From a virus (lineage: Duplodnaviria; Caudoviricetes), in IMG/VR virus record IMGVR_UViG_2893071988_000005, positions 14,497 through 78,496 of that record: a stretch of 64,000 nucleotides of DNA; one strand, 5' to 3'. A program made the translations under genes and the position numbers. The notes under the pieces are model-generated. The model was not told the DNA's origin, made no database searches, and was given only the letters and a program-made list of their open reading frames with translations. The number at the start of each line of letters is the position of its first letter. Positions within the stretch are counted from its first letter, which is position 1. Below, in pieces: positions 45,220 through 54,883 of this stretch.

Positions 45220-46161
45220 ATGACCATCTATGTGGGTGAGCTGCCGATGGCGCAGCTGCCGGCGCCGCAGCTTGTCGAAGTCGAATTCGAGAAAGCATTC
45301 GATGCGCGCAAGGAAAAGCTCGTCGAGCTGCTGGTGCTCGCAGGGTACCCGATCACAGTTCAGGACCTTGAGTTCGACCCGTACATCATCCTGCAGCGTG
45401 CGGACAACATCCGCGAAATGCTCTGCCGGGTGGCGATCAACGATGTCTACAAGCAGACGCTGATCGCCTTCGCGGTCAAGGGCGCGCTCGACCACTTCGC
45501 CGCCCAGTTCACGGGCCTCCTTCGCCAGCCGGATGAGAAGGACGAGCGCTTCCGCCGCCGCATCATTGCCGAGATCCAGAATCGCTCTGGCGGCCGCCTT
45601 TCCGGTTACCAGGCGGACTGCATGAACTTCTCGCCGGTGATCGAACATGTCGGGGCTTGGTACGACCGCTCCAACCCCCTCCAGCCGACCGTGCGCCTTG
45701 CGCTGATGGCCGAATGGGTGGGGGCGTGGCAGGAGGTCGATGCTGGCGCGCCGATGACCACGCGGCTGAATTGGGTGGGGAACACGGGTGCCGTCGAGGC
45801 AAACCTCGTGATCGGGACGCAGGAATACATCGACCGCGAGGACGTGAAGCAGGCGACCGATATCGTCCACGTCACGTCGTCGCAGGTTATCGAGACCGTT
45901 CTCGACTTGACGATGTTCCATCTGCGCGGCCCGGACCCGGCGCTCTTGCGGCGTGCTGGTGCCGATGCGGTTGCCAAGATGGCGGCCGATCGCAAGCAAC
46001 CTCACCGCGACCTTCCTCGATCCGCAATCGAAGCTGCCGCCTCGGTCGGCGGGGCAGAGCGTGTCGCGTTGAACACGCCGCCCAACGGCATATCGGCCGG
46101 CTATGGCCAGCTGATCCATGTGTCTTCGATCATCATCAGGAGCGCGCTGACCGATGTTTAG
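45220..46161 (+). CDS. Baseplate J-like protein
   Basis: LPAPQLVE...AVKGALDH...EKDERFRRRI. Confidence 0.88.
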   Translation: MTIYVGELPMAQLPAPQLVEVEFEKAFDARKEKLVELLVLAGYPITVQDLEFDPYIILQRADNIREMLCRVAINDVYKQTLIAFAVKGALDHFAAQFTGLLRQPDEKDERFRRRIIAEIQNRSGGRLSGYQADCMNFSPVIEHVGAWYDRSNPLQPTVRLALMAEWVGAWQEVDAGAPMTTRLNWVGNTGAVEANLVIGTQEYIDREDVKQATDIVHVTSSQVIETVLDLTMFHLRGPDPALLRRAGADAVAKMAADRKQPHRDLPRSAIEAAASVGGAERVALNTPPNGISAGYGQLIHVSSIIIRSALTDV

Positions 46162-47422
46162 AACCATCCACCCGACCGAGCCGGCGGGTGCGATGGAGCG
46201 TCGTCTCGAGCAGGTTAGCGGGGAACGCTGGCCGCTCGATGTCGATGCCATCCGCCGCGCCCAGGATCCTTGGACCTGCCCTGAACGCTTGCTGCCGTGG
46301 CTCGCCCATAGCCGTGGTGTTCGGCTGTGGTTTGATGATTGGCCGGAATTCCGCAAGCGCCAGGCGATTGCCCTGTGGCCGGAGATCCTTCGCAACATCG
46401 GCAAGATGCGCGCTATCCGCCTCTGCCTCCTGCTGGTCGATGCGCCCTTGAAGGGCTACGACTTGCCACCGAAGCGGCCCTATCTTGGCGTATCGCTCAC
46501 CGGCGAGCGCCGGCAGCGCTGGCTTTCGCATCTGCCTCAGCTTCGCCTCTACGAACACCGGTCCCGGTACGAGGGAGAGAGCAGCGCGCGGTATGTGAGC
46601 CGGAACTTCGTTCTCCGGCCGGGTGGTGCGATCTGCGGTCCCGACCCTGCCGCCGTCTACTACGGCGTTCGAGCCTTCCTCTGGAAGGGCGGACAGGAGA
46701 CGGCGCTCAAGGTGCATGAGCTGGAGCGTTCATCGGAGACGAAGTTCTCCGAAAAGACGGTCCGGGTGCATTTGCCACCGCGCAAGCTCACCGCCTTCCG
46801 GACTGGCGGACCCCTCGGATATCTGAGGCCGGACGGCGATGCGAAAGCGCAATTCATGACGGTGACCCTCACCGAGAGCGCCGTCTCGTCCAAAGCTGAC
46901 ATCCGCATTCGCGAATATGCCCTGGGCTATGAACCGGTCGACACTCGATACGAGGAGGTGGCCGAAGCCTACACGCCCGAGCCGTCGGCGCGCTTTCTCG
47001 GCCGTTGCACCCCAGGCGGCGTGATCAGCAGCCGGATGCTGTGCGGACGAGATCCCGCCTACCTTCATCTCTACCAGCGGGTCTACCTCTACGACGAGGC
47101 CGCCACCCAGTACGCGCACCGGCCGAGCGGCACCTTCGCCCTCAACAGTGCCCGGCTGGGGATAAAGCCGTTCACGGGGCACCTGAAGGTGGACATCCGT
47201 GAACCATCCCCCACGCGAAGGTTCCGCGTCGGCGGCACGCTCGGTGCCGTCACGACGCTTCCTCACACCCGCCTGAAGCGGGCGATCGAGGCTGTGAAGG
47301 TCGCGCAAGGCGGCACGGACGCCTTCGTCATCCACACCGACATCTTCACGCCTGTGACCCTTGGCGACCGTCCGCGACTGGACGGCTCCGTGCGGCTCGG
47401 CCAAATGCTCAGGAGATTCTAA
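46154..47422 (+). CDS. Tail protein I (P2 gpI-like) with C-terminal extension
   Basis: DPWTCPERLLPWLAH...WFDDWPE. Confidence 0.85.
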   Translation: MFRTIHPTEPAGAMERRLEQVSGERWPLDVDAIRRAQDPWTCPERLLPWLAHSRGVRLWFDDWPEFRKRQAIALWPEILRNIGKMRAIRLCLLLVDAPLKGYDLPPKRPYLGVSLTGERRQRWLSHLPQLRLYEHRSRYEGESSARYVSRNFVLRPGGAICGPDPAAVYYGVRAFLWKGGQETALKVHELERSSETKFSEKTVRVHLPPRKLTAFRTGGPLGYLRPDGDAKAQFMTVTLTESAVSSKADIRIREYALGYEPVDTRYEEVAEAYTPEPSARFLGRCTPGGVISSRMLCGRDPAYLHLYQRVYLYDEAATQYAHRPSGTFALNSARLGIKPFTGHLKVDIREPSPTRRFRVGGTLGAVTTLPHTRLKRAIEAVKVAQGGTDAFVIHTDIFTPVTLGDRPRLDGSVRLGQMLRRF

Positions 47423-47424
47423 CG

Positions 47425-49668
47425 ATGAGGAAAGTCTCTTTCGGCGACTTCCAGTTCGTCGAGACTATCGACCTCAACAATATGGGCAATTTCGCTCAGG
47501 AGGGCCTCGACGCCCTCGGCGCGATGGCTGTCGGCCGCGGGCGCGGCTGGGAGGGCTTCAACGTCCTGCAGGATACGTCGTCCTCGGTAAACGTCGTCGT
47601 CGGCCGGATCATTCTCGACGGCATCATGTACGGACTGCCTGATCTGGCTCTCACGCCGGTGGATCTTCTGGCGGTATCGCCGACCAGCTCGAAAAAGATC
47701 ATCACCATCGTTGCCACCGGCGCTGAGGTGCCCACCGGCGCCGAGCCGCGCAGCTTCGAGGACGAGACGACCAAGGAGGCAATCTCCAAGTCGCATTTCA
47801 CCGAGAAGCGCCGCAAGATCGGCATCGGCCTGGTCGCGGGTGAAGAGGCGCCGACGCCGATGCGCCCGGCTCTCCTGCCGAGCTACACGGCGATCGCATA
47901 TGTCACGATGCAGGTCGGGGCAGGGGTCGTCGCTATCGAGATGGCCTACGATTTTCAGGTGAAAAGCCTCCAGGCACAGGAAGCCCGTTTGAAGGCCGCT
48001 GAGGGCACTTTGGCGGCCGCAGGTACGCAGCTGGAAACGCTCGGCACCACCATCGCCAACACCCAGCAGAGCATCAGCCGCATGAACGTGCCGCTGATCA
48101 ACCAGATCGCCCGTTTCGTGGCCGAACTTCGCGATATGTTCGGTCGTAGCTCGGACGGCCTGCTCGATGGGTATGAGCGTTTCATGACGCTCACCGGGAC
48201 GGACGAGGCCGCAGTCGGGTACAAGGCTCGTGTTGAGGAGGGGTTGCGGTTCCCATGGGCTGCGACCATCGAGATCACGCCGCAGCTGCTGAACCCCGGC
48301 AATGGCCGCACGATGACGCTGTCGGGCTGGACTCTCCCGCGCTTCACGAAGTCTCTGCGCCTCAACATCTGGCGCCAGGACATTTCGGTCAACGTCGCCG
48401 ACTACAACTACAGCAACGTCTCGGCGACCGTATATCCGGGGGCCAAGACCCGTCGTCGTTCCGGTCCTTCGATGATCGTGAGCGAGAACTCGCAGCTGTG
48501 GCAGGACGGGCGCTACACCTACAACTACCTGACGCAGACCTTCAAGGTTGGCACCGAGAACTGGGTCGTCACCGACGAGTGGGTGCAGGATGGCGTAACC
48601 TATCGCCGCGTCGAGCAGTTCTTCAGCGACAAAATCCCGTACTGGAACGGCTACCGAAGCATGACGGACGCCGTGTCCGGCAACCTGCTTGCACAGACCT
48701 TCCTCAATGCGCAGCCGGGCTGGCTGCTTGAGCTTGGCCTGCGCTTTTCGAAGGTCACGGCCGACGACTTGAAGGTCTACCTCACCGGTCTCACGGGTGG
48801 TCAGCCCAGCTTCGACAAGACCTATAGCCAGGGTCTGATTTCGGATGCTGTTGCGTCGGCGGGCGATGGGACCGATGGGCATGAGAACAAGGCTGTCATG
48901 CAGCCGATCTTCATGCAGACCGGCGAAAAGTACGCGCTGCAGCTGTCCACCGCGGGCGACTATGCGGTCGCGTGCCGGGCGGACAACTATCTCACGCTCG
49001 GTTCACTGCACAACGGCGACGGCCTCGGCTACATCGCCGACCTCGGCAAAGACATGTGCATGCGGCAGTACTTTGCCCAGTTCGACAACAACTATGTTGA
49101 GGTCGAGCTGCAGTCGCTCACCCTGAGCGGCGGCATCACCGATATCGACATCATCTCGGAGGAATACGTTCCGGAAGGGTCGCAGCTGATTTTCCGCTAC
49201 GGGATCGGCGGCGCCTGGCACGAGATCGACAAGACCTCGGGTACCCACCCGCTCGCCGTTCTCCCGCCGACGATTGTCTTCGGGGCGCTGATGGTGGGAA
49301 CGCGTGATGCGATGCCGGGCATCAACCTCGCCAACACGAGGGTCCGGCTCTCTCGCGCCGACGACGATTTCGTCTGGCAGTCCAAGGTCAAGAACTGCGG
49401 CACTCCTGCCGCCACCGTCGAGATGATCGTGGTGCTCCGCAACTGGAAGCCCGCCAAGCACACGCTGACCAGTTCGGTTCTCAGCGGTGCCAACACCGAC
49501 GCGCCTGATGCAACGACGGACACGACCCTTGCCGATGGCCGGGTCGAGCGCCGGATGACCTTCGGGCTCGTGGCGCCCTCAGCGACTTTTGCCATGAAAC
49601 TGGTCGGCGCGACGACCGATGCGGCCGACGGCTTCGTCGTCGAAAGCGTCTACTACAACGCCCTCTAA
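47425..49668 (+). CDS. Large tail fibre/baseplate structural protein
   Basis: 747 aa following gpI; coiled-coil then beta-rich region. Confidence 0.7.
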   Translation: MRKVSFGDFQFVETIDLNNMGNFAQEGLDALGAMAVGRGRGWEGFNVLQDTSSSVNVVVGRIILDGIMYGLPDLALTPVDLLAVSPTSSKKIITIVATGAEVPTGAEPRSFEDETTKEAISKSHFTEKRRKIGIGLVAGEEAPTPMRPALLPSYTAIAYVTMQVGAGVVAIEMAYDFQVKSLQAQEARLKAAEGTLAAAGTQLETLGTTIANTQQSISRMNVPLINQIARFVAELRDMFGRSSDGLLDGYERFMTLTGTDEAAVGYKARVEEGLRFPWAATIEITPQLLNPGNGRTMTLSGWTLPRFTKSLRLNIWRQDISVNVADYNYSNVSATVYPGAKTRRRSGPSMIVSENSQLWQDGRYTYNYLTQTFKVGTENWVVTDEWVQDGVTYRRVEQFFSDKIPYWNGYRSMTDAVSGNLLAQTFLNAQPGWLLELGLRFSKVTADDLKVYLTGLTGGQPSFDKTYSQGLISDAVASAGDGTDGHENKAVMQPIFMQTGEKYALQLSTAGDYAVACRADNYLTLGSLHNGDGLGYIADLGKDMCMRQYFAQFDNNYVEVELQSLTLSGGITDIDIISEEYVPEGSQLIFRYGIGGAWHEIDKTSGTHPLAVLPPTIVFGALMVGTRDAMPGINLANTRVRLSRADDDFVWQSKVKNCGTPAATVEMIVVLRNWKPAKHTLTSSVLSGANTDAPDATTDTTLADGRVERRMTFGLVAPSATFAMKLVGATTDAADGFVVESVYYNAL

Positions 49669-49681
49669 CCGGGAGCCTCCC

Positions 49682-49858
49682 ATGGCCGCCAAGCCGAAAT
49701 ACAAGCCCGCCTCACAGTATGAGGTGGAACTCACTCAGCCGGTGACCGTGGGCAGGCAGCGCCTGCTTCCGCGGCCGGACCTCAAGCACACGATCAAGGG
49801 GTCCGTGCTGGAGACCCTGCCGCCGGAGGCAATCGCCAATGCCCGTGAAACTGACTGA
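49682..49858 (+). CDS. Small tail-region protein
   Basis: GGAG RBS. Confidence 0.55.
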   Translation: MAAKPKYKPASQYEVELTQPVTVGRQRLLPRPDLKHTIKGSVLETLPPEAIANARETD

Positions 49859-50333
49859 ATCGATCAAGCTTAACCGCAATACCTTCGTCGACGTTGCCCT
49901 GTTGACGAAGATTTTGCTGGAGATCCAGGCGCACCTCGACCCACTGGAGATCCTGAAGGATGGCCTTGAGGCGGCAATCAAGCAGTATGCCGCCTTTGTG
50001 AGAGAGAGAACGGACCTGATCCTCGGTCCGAAGATGGACGAGATCGCAGAAAAGCTCCTCGACCTCACGACGATGATCAGCACCGCGCGGGCAGATCTTG
50101 AGGCGGGGGCGGAGCACGCCCTCGACCAGATCCAGCCGCAGATCACCGCCAAGCTGGCAGAGGTGACCACGGCCATATCTGGCCTGAACACGGCCATCAG
50201 CCAGGCAAACGCAGCTCGCGACGGGGCCAACACTGCCGCAGGGGCCGCGAACACGGCGGCCGCTGGAGTCAATACAGCAATCGCCGATCAAATCCGCGGC
50301 GCTGAATATTTTGCAAGATGGATCGCGGGGTAG
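49839..50333 (+). CDS. Coiled-coil tail fibre-associated protein
   Basis: ANTAAGAANTAA heptad-like repeats. Confidence 0.65.
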   Translation: MPVKLTESIKLNRNTFVDVALLTKILLEIQAHLDPLEILKDGLEAAIKQYAAFVRERTDLILGPKMDEIAEKLLDLTTMISTARADLEAGAEHALDQIQPQITAKLAEVTTAISGLNTAISQANAARDGANTAAGAANTAAAGVNTAIADQIRGAEYFARWIAG

Positions 50334-50339
50334 GGCGAG

Positions 50340-50684
50340 ATGGCGAGAACCACACCAAAGACGTTCGGCATCGAGCTGACGACCTCTTCGCAGCGGATCA
50401 TGGCTGACGTCGTGCCCACCGGGAAGGTTCGGCACTTCACCATGATCCAGTGCACAAGCATTGACGCATCGAATGACGCGCTTGCAACGGTTCGCTGGCT
50501 GAACGCTTCGCACTCCAACGCTGTCAACCCGCTGCTCTCGCAGGCGACGGTGACAGCCAAGGACGTCATCCCGGCGATCGTGGGGGCGTTTTCGCTGGAA
50601 GCGGGCGATGATCTGACCGGCTTGGCCTCGGCCAACGGCGACATCCATGTGACCGTCGTCTACTACGATGAGGATGCTGTCTGA
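50340..50684 (+). CDS. Tail fibre adaptor-like protein
   Basis: VPTGK...LEAGDDL pattern; position. Confidence 0.6.
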   Translation: MARTTPKTFGIELTTSSQRIMADVVPTGKVRHFTMIQCTSIDASNDALATVRWLNASHSNAVNPLLSQATVTAKDVIPAIVGAFSLEAGDDLTGLASANGDIHVTVVYYDEDAV

Positions 50685-51511
50685 TGCCTCGTATTCGGCA
50701 TATTGGCGGCCATGGGTCGATATTGACGGCAAAACGAAAAACCATAACTCGGCCCGGCGTTGTGGCGTTTCAGCCGGCAACCTTGCCGATCCAGTTTGAT
50801 ACCGTTCCATCAGTCGGCGCAACTGTCAGGGGTCTGTATGTTCGCCCGGACGGACAGCGCTTCTATGTGCTCACGAACGCCGACGACAAAGTTCAGGAAT
50901 TTCGCATGTCGACGCCTTGGCGGATCGACACTGCAGTCTATGTCGGCGGCGTCGTCCTGCCGTCGCTCGGGACGGGCATGAGCCTCGCCTTCAAGCCCGA
51001 TGGGACATCGCTTTATGTCTCTGACAGCGCAGCAACAGCCTATGTGCGGCAGTACAACCTGTCCACACCATGGGACCTCTCAACGCTTAGCCTTGTGGGC
51101 AGCTTGAATGTGACTGCGCAGGATACCGCACCGGGCGGCATATCGATCAAGCCAGACGGTACAAAGCTTATTCTTGGGACCATAAATTCCGGCGGATACG
51201 TCAACGAGTACACCCTATCTACACCTTGGTTGATATCGTCAGCCGCCTTCGTCAGACGCGTGGGGTTGAGCGGTGTGGGGTACTCTGCTGTTGTCCCGCC
51301 TGCTGGGGATCGGCTGTTCTTTACGACCGGTAGTGAATACTCGATACGAGGCCACAACCTACCAACTCCGTGGACGCTAACGGGTAGTTTGACCGAGGTC
51401 ACAGCTCGCATAACCGTGGGGGCGATGCTTTATCTTTCATATCGGGACGACGGTAAGGCCCTCTACGGCATGAACTCTGCCGGCGTCATCATCCAAGTTG
51501 GAGGTGAGTGA
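50684..51511 (+). CDS. Beta-propeller protein, probable receptor-binding component
   Basis: Four repeats with (K/R)PDG...TPW; atypical codon usage. Confidence 0.65.
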   Translation: MPRIRHIGGHGSILTAKRKTITRPGVVAFQPATLPIQFDTVPSVGATVRGLYVRPDGQRFYVLTNADDKVQEFRMSTPWRIDTAVYVGGVVLPSLGTGMSLAFKPDGTSLYVSDSAATAYVRQYNLSTPWDLSTLSLVGSLNVTAQDTAPGGISIKPDGTKLILGTINSGGYVNEYTLSTPWLISSAAFVRRVGLSGVGYSAVVPPAGDRLFFTTGSEYSIRGHNLPTPWTLTGSLTEVTARITVGAMLYLSYRDDGKALYGMNSAGVIIQVGGE

Positions 51512-52098
51512 TGCTCTACACCCGCAACGGTTCATGGCCGGCCCCTGTGCCGTACGCGATCACACTCGCCAGCGGCTTCATCCGCACCGATCCTGAAAGC
51601 TTCACGGCCGGCGAGATCGCGGACGCTGGCTTTGTGGCCGCGCCCGACGCGCCGGCATATGAACCCGCGACCGAGCATCTTGGATGGGACGGGGCGGCTT
51701 GGACGGTGACGGCCCTGCCGCCTCCGACCGGTGACGATGTCAACGCCGAACGCGATCGCCGTATCGAGGCCGGCGCTACCTTTGTCGTCGCCGGCTATGG
51801 CCCGGTCCCATTGCAGGGCCGTCTCAAGGACCAGATCAACCTGCAATCCCGCCTGATCGCGGCGCAGGGCGCCAAGGCTGCCGGCATCACTGACCCCATC
51901 CTCCTGCTGCGCGATGCGGCCGACGTCAACCACATGCTGACCGCCGATCAGATGATCGAGCTTGTCACCAAGGGGGTCGCCTGGATCGAGGCCGTCATGC
52001 AGGTGAGCTGGAACATGAAAGATGGTGTTGCGCCGTTCGAGGCGGGCATCCCGCCCGACTATGCCGAAAACACCTATTGGCCGCAGCCGGCCACCTAA
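51508..52098 (+). CDS. DUF4376-like tail fibre assembly protein
   Basis: VNAERDRRIEAG...RDAADVNHMLTADQM...W. Confidence 0.75.
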   Translation: MMLYTRNGSWPAPVPYAITLASGFIRTDPESFTAGEIADAGFVAAPDAPAYEPATEHLGWDGAAWTVTALPPPTGDDVNAERDRRIEAGATFVVAGYGPVPLQGRLKDQINLQSRLIAAQGAKAAGITDPILLLRDAADVNHMLTADQMIELVTKGVAWIEAVMQVSWNMKDGVAPFEAGIPPDYAENTYWPQPAT

Positions 52099-52107
52099 CG
52101 AACCCGG

Positions 52108-52188
52108 ACCCGCCCTCTGAGGCGGGTTTTTCTTTGCCCGCTCGCCGGGCGCAACCCGCACGAAGCCCGCCTTCGCGCGGGTTTTTTG
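52108..52188 (+). terminator. Tandem intrinsic terminators
   Basis: ACCCGCC..GGCGGGT+T-run and AACCCGC..GCGGGTT+T-run. Confidence 0.7.
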
Positions 52189-52209
52189 TTGCCTGCAAAG
52201 GAACCTTCC

Positions 52210-53682
52210 ATGGACATCTATCTGCACGGCCTGGAGACCATCGAGAAGACCGACGGCCCGCGTCCGGTGGAAACGATCGATACCGGCATCATCGCCTTGA
52301 TCGGCACGGCGCCGGACGCGAACGAAACCCTCGTTCCGACGGACAAGTCTATCCCGATCCACGGTATCAACGGCCTGCCGGCCGGCCTTGGTGAGACGGG
52401 CACACTGCCCGACGCTCTCGCCGCCATCTTCGACCAGGCTGGGAAGGTCTCGCAGACCGTTCTCCTCGTTCGTGTCGAGGAGGGTGCCAACATCTGGGAA
52501 ACGATGTCGAACATCATCGGCAACGCGACGATGCGCACAGGCCTGCACGCGTTCCGCAATGCGCCCAACGATCACGGGTTAACGCCGAAGCTGATGATCG
52601 CCCCCGGTTTCACATCCCAGCGGCCGACCGATGGTGTGGCGTCGATTGAAGTCGGAGCTGGCGGCGGCGCTGGCTATACCGAGGCGCCGGTGGTTGCGAT
52701 CACGGGCGGCGGTGGCACGGGCGCGACGGCAATCGCCGTCATCAACAGCGAGACCGGCAAAGTTACGGCGATCATCGTGACGAACCCGGGTGTCGGATAC
52801 ACCACCGCACCGACGGTCACGCTGACTGGCGGTGGCGCACCGACGACGCCGGCGACGGCTACCGCAACGGTCGGCACGGTTGCCAACCCGGTGACCATGG
52901 CGATGCTGGCGCTGGCCGACATGTTCCGTGCTGGTGTCATCAAGGACTCGCTGGCAACCACCACCTCGGCGGCTATCAGCGATCGCGGCGACTTCGACAC
53001 TGACCGCCTGCTCATCGTCGAGCCGATGGTGAAGGTCTTCAAGAACGGCACGCCGGTCAGCCAGCCGGCATCGGCACGCGTAGCCGGCCTTCAGGCCCGC
53101 GTCGACTACGAGAAGGGCTTCTGGCACTCGCCGTCCAACAAGGTGCTCAAGGGCGTCATCGGCACGTCGCGTTCCATCGAGCACTCCTTCCGCGACCCTT
53201 CGGCGGAATCCCAGCTGCTCAACCGCAACGCGGTGGCGTGCGTCGTGCGCGCCAAGAGCGGCGGCTTCAAGCTGTGGGGAAGCCGGGTGCCATCGTCTGA
53301 CGGCCTGAAGAAGTTCTGGTCTGTACGGCGCGCGCACGACACGATCATCGATTCCGTCGAGATCGCCTGCGAACCGTTCGTCGACGAACCCTTCGGTCTT
53401 CAGCCTCTCGTTGACATCGCCGAAACGGTCAATGCCGGCCTCCGCCGCTGGACCGGCCTGGGCGCAACGCTCGGCGGCCGCGTCTGGCTCGATCCGGCGC
53501 TGAACACCAAGGAAACCTGGGTCAACGGGCACCTGTACGTGTCCTATGACGGCGAGGGACCGGCTCCGATCGAGCACATCACCTTCGTCTTCAACCGGAA
53601 CACTGGCTACTACGACACCCTGTCCGCCAACGCCGTCCGCGAAATCGCGCGCATGGCCGGCACGACGCTGCTCGTCGCCTGA
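52210..53682 (+). CDS. Contractile tail sheath (P2 FI-like) with Gly/Thr-rich insertion
   Basis: [33 protein letters not shown]. Confidence 0.93.
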   Translation: MDIYLHGLETIEKTDGPRPVETIDTGIIALIGTAPDANETLVPTDKSIPIHGINGLPAGLGETGTLPDALAAIFDQAGKVSQTVLLVRVEEGANIWETMSNIIGNATMRTGLHAFRNAPNDHGLTPKLMIAPGFTSQRPTDGVASIEVGAGGGAGYTEAPVVAITGGGGTGATAIAVINSETGKVTAIIVTNPGVGYTTAPTVTLTGGGAPTTPATATATVGTVANPVTMAMLALADMFRAGVIKDSLATTTSAAISDRGDFDTDRLLIVEPMVKVFKNGTPVSQPASARVAGLQARVDYEKGFWHSPSNKVLKGVIGTSRSIEHSFRDPSAESQLLNRNAVACVVRAKSGGFKLWGSRVPSSDGLKKFWSVRRAHDTIIDSVEIACEPFVDEPFGLQPLVDIAETVNAGLRRWTGLGATLGGRVWLDPALNTKETWVNGHLYVSYDGEGPAPIEHITFVFNRNTGYYDTLSANAVREIARMAGTTLLVA

Positions 53683-53714
53683 CCCCTCCCGAAAATCCAT
53701 AGGAGAAACAAGCG

Positions 53715-54224
53715 ATGCGGCATCTGTTGCAGGGCTTCACCATGAACATCGGCGGCTCCGACTACGGTATCGACACCGAAGAAATCGAGCTGCCGTTCCC
53801 GGTCCCCACCACCCAGAACTATCGCGGTGGCGGTATGGATCTTGCCGTCGATCAGCCGATGTCGGCCATCGAGGCGCTGCAGGTCACCGTCAAGATGGCC
53901 GGTCTCAACCCGGAAATCATGAAGCAGATGGCCCAGGCCCCGGGCATCACAACCCGCCTGACCTTCCGCGGCGGTGTCCTGCGCGAAACGGACGGCGGCA
54001 TCGCCCGCCACATGTGCATCGTGCAGGGCTGCATCAACGGTTCCAACCGGGATCGCTGGCAGCGCGGCGAAAAGGCGGGCTTCGAGTTCATCGTCAACGG
54101 CATCAAGTACCTTCGCTACGAGGTCGATGTCGATAAGATCCACGAGCTCCAGGCGTGGCCGCCGATCCGCATCGTGAACGGCGTCAACCAGATTTCCGAA
54201 CTGAACGCGGCTCTCGGCTTCTAA
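53715..54224 (+). CDS. Major tail tube (P2 FII-like)
   Basis: YRGGGMD...RIVNGVNQ...ALG. Confidence 0.9.
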   Translation: MRHLLQGFTMNIGGSDYGIDTEEIELPFPVPTTQNYRGGGMDLAVDQPMSAIEALQVTVKMAGLNPEIMKQMAQAPGITTRLTFRGGVLRETDGGIARHMCIVQGCINGSNRDRWQRGEKAGFEFIVNGIKYLRYEVDVDKIHELQAWPPIRIVNGVNQISELNAALGF

Positions 54225-54241
54225 GGCTGACCGCTTCCTCT

Positions 54242-54268
54242 GCCCCGGCCACGCGCCGGGGCTTTTTT
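54242..54268 (+). terminator. Intrinsic terminator after the tube gene
   Basis: GCCCCGGC-CACGC-GCCGGGGC-TTTTTT. Confidence 0.75.
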
Positions 54269-54284
54269 GTTTCGTGGGGAAAGC

Positions 54285-54776
54285 ATGGACCAGATCGTTA
54301 AGGCGCTGACGCCCGCCGAAATCGCAGTCATTGAGGCGCGTGAGGCGCAGAAGCAGGCCGAAGGCGGAGGCGGTGGAAAAATGAAGCCGCCCCCGCCCAA
54401 ATTCATCGGTGATGAAGAGGACCGCAAGACTACTCTGGTCCTTGAATTCCCCGTCGAGTGGGGTGGGCTGACATTTACGGAGATCACCGTAACGCGCCCG
54501 ACCATCAAGGTCTGGAAGGCGTATACGCGGGCGGTGGCAGAAGCTATCGCAAAGTTCGGCCCTGACGCTGAAGACACTGTGGACCAGCCATTCATCACCG
54601 CTCCAGCGGTCGTGATCAACTCCCTCGACTTTATCGACGGTGCCCGCCTCGAAGGGGTGATCGACGGTTTTTTCGATCGCGCGTCACTGCCGAACGAGGA
54701 GACGGCCGAGACCTCGGAAGTGCCCGAGGATACGTCTTCCACATCCGACAGTGGCGAACCATCGCCTGGGTCGTAA
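54285..54776 (+). CDS. Tail assembly chaperone GpE
   Basis: LEFPVEWGG..EITVTRPT; located between tube and tape measure. Confidence 0.85.
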   Translation: MDQIVKALTPAEIAVIEAREAQKQAEGGGGGKMKPPPPKFIGDEEDRKTTLVLEFPVEWGGLTFTEITVTRPTIKVWKAYTRAVAEAIAKFGPDAEDTVDQPFITAPAVVINSLDFIDGARLEGVIDGFFDRASLPNEETAETSEVPEDTSSTSDSGEPSPGS

Positions 54777-54883
54777 TGCGCGCCTCCTTCGGCGGCATCG
54801 GCTGGAGCGACATCGACGAGATGACGTTCGACGAGCTCGTCCAGAACTGGGTTGAGGCCCATCATTTTCAGGTGAAGAAATGA
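54668..54883 (+). CDS. GpE' extension via programmed -1 frameshift at T TTT TTC
   Basis: -1 frame open from the slippery site to TGA overlapping the tape-measure ATG; encodes GWSDIDEMTFDELVQNWVEA. Confidence 0.8.
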   Translation, partial: FFRSRVTAERGDGRDLGSARGYVFHIRQWRTIAWVVMRASFGGIGWSDIDEMTFDELVQNWVEAHHFQVKK

